Assembly (NCBI GenBank): GCA_964016885.1
Contig: OZ024745.1
Coordinates: 22,940,001-23,004,000 of the forward strand
Source: Eledone cirrhosa
Lineage: Eukaryota
DNA length: 64,000 nucleotides
Direction: 5' to 3'
The notes under the pieces: model-generated
What the model was told of the DNA's origin: nothing
The model's database searches: none
Seen by the model: the letters and a program-made list of their open reading frames with translations, nothing else
In this document: one piece after another, positions 1-12,859 of the stretch
How positions within the stretch are numbered: position 1 is the stretch's first letter
How the letters are laid out: each line of letters starts with the position of its first letter
Position numbers and translations under genes: made by a program

Positions 1-1670
1 CCACCACCACTATCACCACCACTACCACCACAATCACCACCACCACCACAATACCCCCACCACCACAATATCCCCACCACCACCACTATCACCACCACCA
101 CCACCACGACAATACCCCCATCCCCACCACTATCACCACCACCACCACAATACCCCCACCACCACAATATCTCCACCACCACCACTATCACCACCACCAC
201 CACAATACCCCCACCACCACAATATCTCCACCACCACCACTATCACCACCACCACCACCACAATCACCACCACCACCACAATACCCCCACCACCACAATA
301 TCCCCACCACCACCACTATCACCACCACCACCACCACAATACCCCCACCCCCACCACCACCACCACAATACCCCCACTACCACCACAATACCCCCACCAC
401 CACAATATCCCCATCACCAACCCTTATCACCACTGCCACCACTGCCACCACTACCACCAACACCACCACAATACCCCCAATACCCCACCAACCACCACTA
501 CTTCCAAAATACTCCCACCCTCACTACCACCACCACCACCACCACTTCACAATATTACTAACACCACGCCCTCCCCACATTCACACTACCATCACTGTCT
601 TCCACCACCACCACCACCACCACCATCACCACCACCTATACATTCCCCACCTTAACATACAATACACAGACTGTGACGTCGTTATAAAACACCCATTCAT
701 ACGTGCCGCCGAGCTATCCAGCCCCACCATTACCCCACCGCTACCCCACCACTACCACACCGCTACCACCCCTACCCCACCACTACCCCACCACTACCCC
801 ACCACTACCACACCGCTAGGCCACCACTACCACCCCTAACCCACCACTACCACACCACTACCCCACCATTACCCCACCACTACCCCACCACTACCACTTC
901 TACCCCCACCGCTACCACCCCTACCCCACCACTACCAACCCTACCCCACCACTACCACACCACTACCACACCACTACCCCACCACTACCACCCATACCCC
1001 ACCATTACCCCACCGCTACCACCCCTACCTCACCACTACCCCACCACTACCACCATAACCAACCCTACCCCACCACGACCACACCACTACCACACCACTA
1101 CCCCACCACTACCCACCATACCCACCCCCTACCACCACTACCCCACCCCTACCACCCCTACCCCACCCCTGCCACCCCTACCCCACCCCTACCCCCAGTG
1201 TTACCCCACCACTACCACACCGCTTCCACCCCTACCCCACCACTACCACACCGCTACCACCACTACCCCACCACTACCCCACCGCTACCACCTCTACCCC
1301 ACCACTACCACACCACTACCCCACCGCTACCACCCCTACCCCACCACTACCCCACCGCTACCACCCCTACCCCACCACTACCACACCACTACCACACCAC
1401 TACCCCACCACTACCCACCCCTACCCCACCCCTACCCCACCCCTACCCCGCCCCTACCCCACCACTACCACGCCACTACCACACCACTACCCCACCACTA
1501 CCCCACCACTAACACACCACATAACACCACTACCCCACCACTACACCACCACTACCCCACCTCTACCTCACCACTACCACACCACTACCACAACACTACC
1601 CCACCACTACCACACCACTACCCCACCACTACCCACGGCTACCACCCCTACCCCACCACTAACACCCCCT
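1..1670. repeat. C-rich low-complexity repeats: (CCA)n and CCACCACTACC-type minisatellite
   Basis: Degenerate CCA/CTACCCCACCA units in two blocks (1-~640, ~720-1670). The ORF at 1198-1512 is a translation of this repeat. Confidence 0.9.
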
Positions 1671-1714
1671 AGTCGGCTCGTAACAACATAGTCACCTCCC
1701 CCTATTACTACGGC

Positions 1715-3070
1715 TTATATACACGACACATACACACACATACACATATACACATACACTTATACACATATATACACATATACATATACACATACACATA
1801 TACACATACACTTATACACACATATACAGATACACTTATACACATATATACACATATACATATACACATACACATATACACATACACTTATACACATACA
1901 CTTATACACATATACGCATATACACATACACTCATACTCACATACACTTATACACATATACACATACACTTATACACATACACATACACACACACCTCCC
2001 CCTATTACTACGGCTTATATACACGACACAACCACACATACACATATACACATACACTTATACACATACACATACACTGATACACATATACACATATACA
2101 CATATACACATATACACATATACACATACACATATACACATACACATACATACATATGCAAATAATCACCGCAATACATACAGAGCCGTACGTATATTAT
2201 ACAAACACCTCTACACATACATAAGCTGTCGTACACCCTGATACATAAACTTAAGACAAATACATATGCAAATACACACACCCTTGTACACACATATACA
2301 CAATATACACATAAATATACGCGCACACACACACATATAGAGGCCTATAGATATACACATACTGACACACACAGACATTAACAAAGCATGCATACGCAAA
2401 CACATAGGTCGACATATACACACATATACACACACAGGTACACGTAAACACACAGACGTATACACATAAATACTTACACATATACAGACTGGTCTTGGCA
2501 AATAAAGACAAATTATTCACGCATACACACACATACACACATACATACACAAGGACAACACATACACACATACACACATACACACATAAATATATACATA
2601 CATACACAAGGACAACACATACACATACACACACACACATATACACAAGGACAACACATACACACATATACATACACACATACATACACAAGGACAACAC
2701 ATACACACACACACATACATACACAAGGACAACACATACACACACATACACATACAGATACATACACAAGGACAACACATACACACACATACATATACAT
2801 ACACAAGGACAACACATACACACATACATACACACACACACATATACATACATACACTAGGACAACACATACACAAACACAAGGACAACACACACACATA
2901 TACATACATACACAAGGACAACACATCCCTAAGTACACGGGCTTGCACACATACTCAAACACATACACATACACACACTCTCTCTCTCAGACACACACAC
3001 ACACACACTGGTATACACACAGACACAAAGCATATATCAAATACACATACACACACATAGACACAGAGTC
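1715..3070. repeat. (CA)/(TACA) microsatellite with an embedded ACAAGGACAACAC minisatellite
   Basis: CA/TA repeats, with 'caaggacaacacatac' recurring at ~2550-2925. A ~37-bp segment 'cacctccccctattactacggcttatatacacgacac' is duplicated at ~1694 and ~1993. Confidence 0.85.
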
Positions 3071-3814
3071 TAACGTTTTTCAATAACAGCGAGTGACTAA
3101 ATAACATTACTCACGCATACACTCCTACTAACACACACACACACACACAGAGGCAATACAGCATACACTTTAACACACTCACATACACACACACATACAT
3201 ACAATAGAACACAGATGCACATGGAAATATGTACTTTAGCGTATATAATATACATACGTGATAAAACGCAGATTTTAGACATGCGTCTGTTGTATTGAGT
3301 GTGTGTGTGTGTGTATCTGTGTGCGTGTATGTGTATATGTGCGTCTGTGTTAGTGGGTGGATGTGGATGTAATTCAGTACAAACAAAAATAACTCTGCAA
3401 ACGAGGAGAATAGAGAGTACTCAATACAAAGTACAGAGTTATAGGTTTATTAGATGAAAACTTCGTTAAACCTTTCTCGATTCCGCTGTTGGAATGATTA
3501 ACAGGGTTATTCAATGTTACTACCCCAACAACAGAAACAACAAGAACAGTTAAAAGGGTTGATGAACTCCTCAGAGTCAACACCCCAACTATGGGTTAAA
3601 TAGCCTTACCAACCCACAACTAGCCAAAGGTGGTGAGTACGACTACACCTCTGATGTTACCAAAACCAAACAGAAAGTGGTGGAGATCAACCAGAGTGAG
3701 GTTCCTCCAACAGGAGTGGGAAGGCCCTGGGTTGTGGATTGGATTGGATTCGGTTTTACATGGGAAAAATATGACGGAATAATAAAAAAAATTGAAATGT
3801 GGAGTTAAGTGAAT

Positions 3815-6800
3815 TAGATGTGGAAAATTGTGGATATACATTGCTTAGGTAAGATATCTGTGGAAGGATTAAATGAGGAAAACTTTGGATATACATTGCT
3901 TAGTTAAGATCTCCTGTGTGGAAGGATTAAATGAGGAAAACTTTGGATATACATTGCTTAGTTAAGATCTCCTGTGTGGAAGGATTAAATGAGGAAAACT
4001 TTGGATATACATTGCCTAGTTAAGATCTCCTGTGTGGAAGGATTAAATGAGGAAAACTTTGGATATACATTGCTTATTTAAGATCTCCTCTGTGGAAGGA
4101 TTAAATGAGGAAAACTTTGGATATACATTGCCTAGTTAAGATCTCCTGTGTGGAAGGATTAAATGTGGAAAACTTTGGATATACATTGCTTAGTTAAGAT
4201 CTCTGTGGAAGGATTAAATGAGGAAAACTTTGGATATACATTGCCTAGTTAAGATCTCTGTGGAAGGATTAAATGTGGAAAACTTTGGATATACATTGCT
4301 TAGTTAAGATCTCCTCTGTGGAAGGATTAAATGTGGAAAACTTTGGATATACATTGCTTAGTTAAGATCTCCTCTGTGGAAGGATTAAATGTGGAAAACT
4401 TTGGATATACATTGCTTAGTTAAGATCTCCTGTGTGGAAGGATTAAATGAGGAAAACTTTGGATATACATTGCCTAGTTAAGATCTCCTGTGTGGAAGGA
4501 TTAAATGTGGAAAACTTTGGATATACATTGCTTAGTTAAGATCTCTGTGGAAGGATTAAATGTGGAAAACTTTGGATATACATTGCTTAGTTAAGATCTC
4601 TGTGGAAGGATTAAATGTGGAAAAATTTGGATATACATTGCTTAGTTAAGATCTCTGTGGAAGGATTAAATGTGGAAAACTTTGGATATACATTGCTTAG
4701 TTAAGATCTCCTGTGTGGAAGGATTAAATGTGGAAAACTTTGGATATACATTGCTTAGTTAAGATCTCCTCTGTGGAAGGATTAAATGTGGAAAACTTTG
4801 GATATACATTGCTTAGTTAAGATCTCCTCTGTGGAAGGATTAAATGTGGAAAACTTTGGATATACATTGCTTAGTTGAGATCTCCCCTGTGGAAGGATTA
4901 AATGTGGAAAACTTTGGATATACATTGCTTAGTTAAGATCTCCTGTGTGGAAGGATTAAATGTGGAAAACTTTGGATATACATTGCTTAGTTATGATCTC
5001 CTGTGTGGAAGAATTAAATGTGGAAAACTTTGGATATACATTGCTTAGTTAAGATCTCCTCTGTGGAAGGATTAAATGAGGAAAACTTTGGATATACATT
5101 GCTTAGTTAAGATCTCCTCTGTGGAAGGATTAAATGTGGAAAACTTTAGATATACCATGCCTAGTTATGATCTCCTGTGTGGAAGGATTAAATGAGGAAA
5201 ACTTTGGATATACATTGCTTAGTTGAAATCTCCTGTGTGGAAGGATTAAATGTGGAAAACTTTGGATATACATTGCTTAGTTGAGATCTCCCCTGTAGAA
5301 GGATTAAATGTGGAAAACTTTGGATATACATTGCTTAGTTAAGATCTCCTCTGTGGAAGGATTAAATGAGGAAAACTTTGGATATACATTGCTTAGTTAA
5401 GATCTCCTGTGTGGAAGGATTAAATGAGGAAAACTTTGGATATACATTGCTTAGTTGAGATCTCCCCTGTGGAAGGATTAAATGTGGAAAACTTTGGATA
5501 TACATTGCTTAGTTGAGATCTCCTGTGTGGAAGGATTAAATGAGGAAAACTTTGGATATACATTGCTTAGTTAAGATCTGTGTGGAAGGGTTAAATGTGG
5601 AAAACTTTGGATATACATTGCTTAGTTAAGATCTCCTGTGTGGAAGGATTAAATGTGGAAAACTTTGGATATACATTGCTTAGTTGAGATCCCCTGTGTG
5701 GAAGGATTAAATGAGGAAAACTTTGGATATACATTGCTTAGTTAAGATCTCCTGTGTGGAAGGATTAAATGAGGAAAACTTTGGATATACATTGCCTAGT
5801 TAAGATCTCCTGTGTGGAAGGATTAAATGTGGAAAACTTTGGATATACATTGCTTAGTTATGATCTCCTGTGTGGAAGAATTAAATGTGGAAAACTTTGG
5901 ATATACATTGCCTAGTTAAGATCTCCTGTGTGGAAGGATTAAATGTGGAAAACTTTGGATATACATTGCTTAGTTAAGATCTCTGTGGAAGGATTAAATG
6001 AGGAAAACTTTGGATATACATTGCCTAGTTAAGATCTCTGTGGAAGGATTAAATGTGGAAAACTTTGGATATACATTGCTTAGTTAAGATCTCCTCTGTG
6101 GAAGGATTAAATGTGGAAAACTTTGGATATACATTGCTTAGTTAAGATCTCCTCTGTGGAAGGATTAAATGTGGAAAACTTTGGATATACATTGCTTAGT
6201 TAAGATCTCCTGTGTGGAAGGATTAAATGAGGAAAACTTTGGATATACATTGCCTAGTTAAGATCTCCTGTGTGGAAGGATTAAATGTGGAAAACTTTGG
6301 ATATACATTGCTTAGTTAAGATCTCTGTGGAAGGATTAAATGTGGAAAACTTTGGATATACATTGCTTAGTTAAGATCTCTGTGGAAGGATTAAATGTGG
6401 AAAAATTTGGATATACATTGCTTAGTTAAGATCTCTGTGGAAGGATTAAATGTGGAAAACTTTGGATATACATTGCTTAGTTAAGATCTCCTGTGTGGAA
6501 GGATTAAATGTGGAAAACTTTGGATATACATTGCTTAGTTAAGATCTCCTCTGTGGAAGGATTAAATGTGGAAAACTTTGGATATACATTGCTTAGTTAA
6601 GATCTCCTCTGTGGAAGGATTAAATGTGGAAAACTTTGGATATACATTGCTTAGTTGAGATCTCCCCTGTGGAAGGATTAAATGTGGAAAACTTTGGATA
6701 TACATTGCTTAGTTAAGATCTCCTGTGTGGAAGGATTAAATGTGGAAAACTTTGGATATACATTGCTTAGTTATGATCTCCTGTGTGGAAGAATTAAATG

Positions 6801-8450
6801 TGGAAAACTTTGGATATACATTGCTTAGTTAAGATCTCCTCTGTGGAAGGATTAAATGAGGAAAACTTTGGATATACATTGCTTAGTTAAGATCTCCTCT
6901 GTGGAAGGATTAAATGTGGAAAACTTTAGATATACCATGCCTAGTTATGATCTCCTGTGTGGAAGGATTAAATGAGGAAAACTTTGGATATACATTGCTT
7001 AGTTGAAATCTCCTGTGTGGAAGGATTAAATGTGGAAAACTTTGGATATACATTGCTTAGTTGAGATCTCCCCTGTAGAAGGATTAAATGTGGAAAACTT
7101 TGGATATACATTGCTTAGTTAAGATCTCCTCTGTGGAAGGATTAAATGAGGAAAACTTTGGATATACATTGCTTAGTTAAGATCTCCTGTGTGGAAGGAT
7201 TAAATGAGGAAAACTTTGGATATACATTGCTTAGTTGAGATCTCCCCTGTGGAAGGATTAAATGTGGAAAACTTTGGATATACATTGCTTAGTTGAGATC
7301 TCCTGTGTGGAAGGATTAAATGAGGAAAACTTTGGATATACATTGCTTAGTTAAGATCTGTGTGGAAGGGTTAAATGTGGAAAACTTTGGATATACATTG
7401 CTTAGTTAAGATCTCCTGTGTGGAAGGATTAAATGTGGAAAACTTTGGATATACATTGCTTAGTTGAGATCCCCTGTGTGGAAGGATTAAATGAGGAAAA
7501 CTTTGGATATACATTGCTTAGTTAAGATCTCCTGTGTGGAAGGATTAAATGTGGAAAACTTTGGATATACATTGCTTAGTTAAGATCTCCTGTGTGGAAG
7601 GATTAAATGTGGAAAACTTTGGATATACATTGCTTAGTTATGATCTCCTGTGTGGAAGAATTAAATGTGGAAAACTTTGGATATACATTGCTTAGTTAAG
7701 ATCTCCTCTGTGGAAGGATTAAATGCGGAAAACTTTGGATATACATTGCTTAGTTGAGATCTCCTGTGTGGAAGGATTAAATGAAGAAAACTTTGGATAT
7801 ACATTGCTTAGTTAAGATCTCCTCTGTGGAAGGATTAAATGTGGAAAATTTTGGATATACATTGCTTAGTTAAGATCTCCTGTGTGGAAGAATTAAATGT
7901 GGAAAACTTTGGATATACATTGCTTAGTTATGATCTCCTGTGTGGAAGAATTAAATGTGGAAAACTTTGGATATACATTGCTTAGTTAAGATCTCCTCTG
8001 TGGAAGGATTAAATGTGGAAAACTTTGGATATACATTGCTTAGTTAAGATCTCCTGTGGAAGGATTAAATGAGGAAAACTTTGGATATACATTGCTTAGT
8101 TAAGATCTCCTCTGTGGAAGGATTAAATGTGGAAAATTGTGGATATACATTGCTTAGTTAAGATCTCCTGTGTGGAAGGATTAAAGGTGGAAAATTGTGG
8201 ATATACATTGCTTAGTTAAGATCTCCTGTGTGGAAGGATTAAAGGTGGAAAATTGTGGATATACATTGCTTAGTTAAGATCTCCTCTGTGGAAGGATTAA
8301 ACATGGAAAATTGTGGATATACTTTGCTTAGTTAAGACCTCTGTAAATGGATCGAAGGTGGAAAATTCCAGGTATACATTGTTTAGTTAAGACCTCTGTG
8401 GATGAGATGGGAAATTTCGGATATAATACATGGTTTCGTTAAGACCTCTT
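3815..8450 (+). repeat. Tandem satellite, 58-bp monomer (54-bp variants), about 80 copies
   Basis: Monomer ctttggatatacattgcttagttaagatctcctgtgtggaaggattaaatg(t/a)ggaaaa, repeated head to tail. Both edges are degenerate. Confidence 0.97.
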
Positions 8451-8604
8451 CTGTGAATGAACAAGTTGATGAGATGACAAGCTAATGATGGTGTCGTGTA
8501 TCTCCTGTCCTACAGGATTGGAATATCTTTTGTTCCCTAATGGAGTAAATCCTGGTGGAGCCTAAGGTCTCTGTAGGGGCTCAGTGGGGTCCATAGCGGC
8601 ATAC

Positions 8605-8750
8605 GTGACTGCTACTTTATTTATCGACTACGAAGGGATGAGAGGCAAAGTTAATTTCGGTGGGATTCGAAAGCAGAGTGCCGAGACCCAGAACGAATAT
8701 CATAAAGCATTCTATCTGATGTACTAACGACTCTGCCAATTCGCTGCCTG
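8605..8750 (-). mobile_element. tRNA-derived SINE, Nin/Deu-like central domain, degenerate
   Basis: Reverse complement of the SINE at 14055-14288 (tactttatttatcgac...gaaagg caaagtt...ctgccaattc). Confidence 0.7.
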
Positions 8751-9052
8751 TTCGATTAGAATATAGAAAACTAAAAAAAGAACCTAGAATTCAAGAAAAA
8801 TAACAAGTGTATTTTTCAATTATTGTAGACTTATGGCACAGGCCTGGCTATGTAGTTACAGAGTTCAATTCACAACAACGTCCCTCTGACCTCAATTCCA
8901 CGATGCCTCAAGTTGTGAGTAAAATAAAGTTTTCGGAAACTGCAAAGACCCATCGTGTATATATATATATATATATATATATCCTGTGTGGAAGGATTAA
9001 ATGTGGAAAACTTTGGATATACATTGCTTAGTTAAGATCTCTGTGGAAGGAT

Positions 9053-9135
<83 letters not shown>

Positions 9136-9540
9136 ATACTTTGGGAGGGTCATGTTGCCAATAAGAAACACACGCACCAGTTGCTTTCACTTCAATTTAT
9201 TATAATAAATTTATAAATTTATAAATTTCTGGTTGGTTGGTTCCACAACCAGATAGTTGTTTATATATTGTCATAGTTCTTTCGTCACACACTCTGTGAC
9301 CTCTTCAGTGACTGGGGATTCCTTTCTTTGTTTTTGTGCCTCTCCTTTGTTCTGTCCTACGCCATTTTGTTTCTGTGTGTGTGTTGTGTGCTCAGTCTGC
9401 GCATGCGCCACATCCGGGTGTCTGTGTGTGTTTATGTTCATTTATTTATTTGTATATTTACATGTTACTGGTTGGTTGTTTGTTCTATGTGTGTGTGTGT
9501 TTTCATTTTGTCCTTAATTGTAAGTTGTGATGTTGCTGTT

Positions 9541-9989
9541 CCACTCATATTTTCTATTTAATTTTGGTTGTAATTCTTTTATGTTTATTGCCTCTGTGAT
9601 TTATCTAAACATTGCGTCTTTTCTGTGTGTAGATTCTATTTTTATTTCTATGTTCTCTAATTTACCCTTGTGTTCTATTTTAGCATGTTGATAGAGTACA
9701 GATGATTCTTTACTATCTTGAAGGTCTCGCCAGTGTTCATTTATCCGTTCCCCTACACTACGAGCTGTCTCACCTATGTACACTATATTTTTGTCTCTAC
9801 ATTGTCCTTCAGTACATCTTATGCTATACACTACATTTCTAGTTTTACAGTTAATATTTGGGCTTATTTTACAGGTTATACATTTCTTATCTATACATGG
9901 GGGTCTTTGAAAAGGGTATGTCTTGCTAATAAGTGTTTTTACGGAGGTACCTGGTCTTTCTACTATCTTAATATTGAGTTTATGTTTAT
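9541..9989 (-). pseudogene. Inverted copy of the linker plus GIY-YIG domain
   Basis: Near-identical reverse-complement copy. It keeps the 11 bp missing from the sense copy but has a TAA stop at ~9601. Confidence 0.88.
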
Positions 9990-11141
9990 GTTGAGTTCCG
10001 TGGGATTGATACCAGTGAGCTGGGACTCCTACTTAAACTTACCTATAGTAATAATTACCTAGACACATATGACCTTAGCAACCTGTGCCCTACAAGACCA
10101 GCAAGAGGCAGACCACCTACCATTACCTCAATGGCCAAGAAAACCCACACAGATAGATGGAACGGGTGGACCAGAGCCATACGGACACCCGAAAACCACG
10201 ATGAACTGAAGAAAATGATTGCACATGCGGTAGGGGCCAGCATAAAACTAAACCTTAAGGAACATATGTTCAAATTTAATGGAAAAACATATGCCCAAGA
10301 GGAAGGAGCAGCCATTGGTGTTAACATTGCAGGCGACATAGCTAACTTATTCATGGTATGGTGGGACAGTAGACTTAAACTTAAACTTAAAGAACAATTA
10401 GAAGACCCCTTAACCCTGATAATGTACTCCCGCTACGTTGATGATATAAACATCGTAGTTAAGACACCCCCACTAGAGAACAGTCAGGAACTAGAGAAAA
10501 ACACAATGGAAAGCATCCAGCAAATAGCCAACTGCATCCACCAGAGTATTAGAGTTACTATAGACTACCCAAGTAAACACCCCAACCATCGATTACCTGT
10601 ACTAGACACAGAGCTCTGGTTAGATACCATTAATAACAAAAAACAAATCCTCCATTCCCATTATGCCAAACCCATGACTTCCAAACATCTGATCCACCGA
10701 AACTCGGCCGTTTCGGACCATACCAAAATCAACATACTGATTGCGGACTTGGTACGGGTGATGAGAAACGTGTCCCGCATGTGCAACCCCGAAGAACTAG
10801 AGAGACACATACAACACTTCATCCACCGTATGCAGTTCTCTGGCTACAATCAGAGAGATAAAATCAGAGTGTATAGAGGAGCCAGAACCAAATGGGAAAA
10901 AATGGTAAATAATGACATAAATGGGACCTGCCCCTTGTATAGGAGCAAATTTTGGAATAGAATAGAAAGAACTAGGAATAAGGCTAATAGAATAAACTCA
11001 TGGTATGATAGCAATAAATACCAGAGTGTAATGTTCATCGATACAACCCCTAGAGGTGAATTAGCTTACAAATTTAGAAGGGCCCTAGATAAACATAAAC
11101 TCAATATTAAGATCAGGTACCTCCGTAAAAACACTTATTAG
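9990..11141 (+). pseudogene. Penelope-like reverse transcriptase, C-terminal half
   Basis: Frame open from ~9990 (VEFRGIDTSELG...CPTRPARGRPPTIT). Motifs YAQEEGAAIG, YSRYVDD, LPVLD, HYAKP. Frameshifted by an 11-bp deletion at ~11113. Confidence 0.9.
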
Positions 11142-11526
11142 CAAGACATACCCTTTTCAAAGACCCCCATGTATAGATAAGAAATGTATAACCTGTAAAA
11201 TAAGCCCAAATATTAACTGTAAAACTAGAAATGTAGTGTATAGCATAAGATGTACTGAAGGACAATGTAGAGACAAAAATATAGTGTACATAGGTGAGAC
11301 AGCTCGTAGTGTAGGGGAACGGATAAATGAACACTGGCGAGACCTTCAAGATAGTAAAGAATCATCTGTACTCTACCAACATGCTAAAATAGAACACAAG
11401 GGTAAATTAGAGAACATAGAAATAAAAATAGAAGCTACACACAGAAAAGACGCAATGTTTAGACAAATCACAGAGGCAATAAACATAAAAGAATTACAAC
11501 CAAAATTAAATAGAAAATATGAGTGA
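11114..11526 (+). pseudogene. Cys-rich linker plus GIY-YIG endonuclease of the Penelope-like element
   Basis: CIDKKCITC...NVVYSIRC...YIGETARSVGERINEH...RQITEAINI...LN. Confidence 0.9.
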
Positions 11527-11945
11527 AACAGCAACATCACAACTTACAATTAAGGACAAAATGAAAACACACACACACATAGAACAAACAACGGCGCATG
11601 CGCAGACTGAGCACACAACACACACACAGAAACAAAATGGCGTAGGACAGAACAAAGGAGAGGCACAAAAACAAAGAAAGGAATCCCCAGTCACTGAAGA
11701 GGTCACAGAGTGTGTGACGAAAGAACTATGACAATATATAAACAACTATCTGGTTGTGGAACCAACCAACCAGAAATTTATAAATTTATAAATTTATTAT
11801 ATTAAATTGAAGTGAAAGCAACTGGTGCGTGTGTTTCTTATTGGCAACATGACCCTCCCAAAGTATAACAATATCGGTTTCAACACACGATTTCAGATAA
11901 AGAATCTTGCTAAACAAATTCAGAAACGTTATATATATATATATA

Positions 11946-12321
11946 TGAAAAAATGGGGAGAAGAATACTGCTGGTTGCACATGGATAACATGTAATAAAA
12001 TAAGTCCCTCATCAGTGATTTGCCGACGATCATAGATATTTCATTGCATTAAAAATCATATACCTCACGTCGGTGCAATAATAACTAAATTAAGTTATTA
12101 GGACAATTAAAACGCGTAAAGCGAGTGAGACAAGATAACAACAAAGAGGATAGCTAACCGTAGAAAGAAGGAGACAAGCTTCATAGTTATTCTGTTAGCA
12201 TAAGCTAGGTGAATATATGAGCGCTTAGAAAAAAGACCTTTCAGCAGCGAATTCAAATGTGAGAGAGAGAAAATGATTTCGTCGCAAACGGGGTGAAGTG
12301 AGAAGAGGAGAAACATTGAGT

Positions 12322-12325
<4 letters not shown>
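11946..12325 (-). mobile_element. (TA)n-flanked non-coding element, family A (probable Penelope pLTR)
   Basis: Reverse-complement homologue of 60270-61015. Contains the permuted HHR fold. Confidence 0.7.
12004..12106 (-). ncRNA. Candidate non-circularly permuted hammerhead ribozyme (family A, copy 1)
   Basis: UUGUCC-hairpin-UUGCA CCGACG UGA GGUAU-A^UGAUUU UUAA UGCAAU GAA-AUAUC UAUGAU CGUCGG C-AAAUCA CUGAUGA GGGAC. Confidence 0.65.
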
Positions 12326-12367
<42 letters not shown>

Positions 12368-12572
12368 TTATATTTACCTCCTATATGTAGAGAACAAAAC
12401 GTTGTATCGCGCTGCTATTTTTAGCGGCATGATCAACAAGTTTATAATATCCCGCTTTTACTTATGGCCTATTTTTGTGTGTGAGTCACTTTAACGGCTT
12501 GGCCCCATGCAACGGACAGGAAGCGATATATTCTCTTACTATGAGGCTTTATACCCTTATAGTACGGAAATA

Positions 12573-12652
12573 GCTGTTTGAAGATCTAATTCTTTCCATT
12601 GGAAATTCTCTGAATTTCCAATCTTTTGATTAGTGAAACCGTCGGTAACGGC
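12573..12652 (+). ncRNA. Type I hammerhead ribozyme with C3U core variant, in a (TA)n-flanked island (~12361-12834)
   Basis: Stem I gcugu/acggc, core UUGAAGA, extended stem II (cuaauu/gauuag plus auuggaaauuc/gaauuuccaau), GAAA CCGUCGG UA^. Confidence 0.7.
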
Positions 12653-12859
12653 AATAGAACAGGTGAATATTTAAATCGTTTTTTAATTTATTTAAAAAAT
12701 TGTTTGATGATTACTTGTTCCGCTCATTTTTATAGTTCTGGTATCTCAAATTAGTACCATCGAACCACAACTATTATAAACACCATGCATATTTCTGTAG
12801 GTACTTAGTGCCTGTTGGAATATCCATACCCTTTTATATATATATATATATATATATAT

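Larger units (their letters stand above)
9129..11872 (+). mobile_element. Penelope-like element (Naiad-like), 5'-truncated, with a large inverted 3' arm
   Basis: RT plus GIY-YIG coding sequence. 9129-9989 is the reverse complement of ~11089-11872. The left end abuts (TA)n. Confidence 0.9.

Noticed and set aside
1-1670. Telomeric repeats or an extensin-like gene
   Set aside because: No TTAGGG/CCCTAA arrays. The Pro/His/Thr ORF is a product of the repeat.
3815-8450. CRISPR-like array
   Set aside because: Contiguous monomers with no unique spacers, no cas genes, and a eukaryotic context.
11521-11526. TGA as selenocysteine (some Naiads encode selenoproteins)
   Set aside because: The inverted arm has TGG (Trp) at this codon, and I saw no clear SECIS. 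A point mutation is simpler.
12020-12075. SECIS element (GUGA...AA...UGA hairpin on the minus strand)
   Set aside because: Helix II geometry is poor and the motif is not conserved in family B. The permuted HHR model explains the covariation better.
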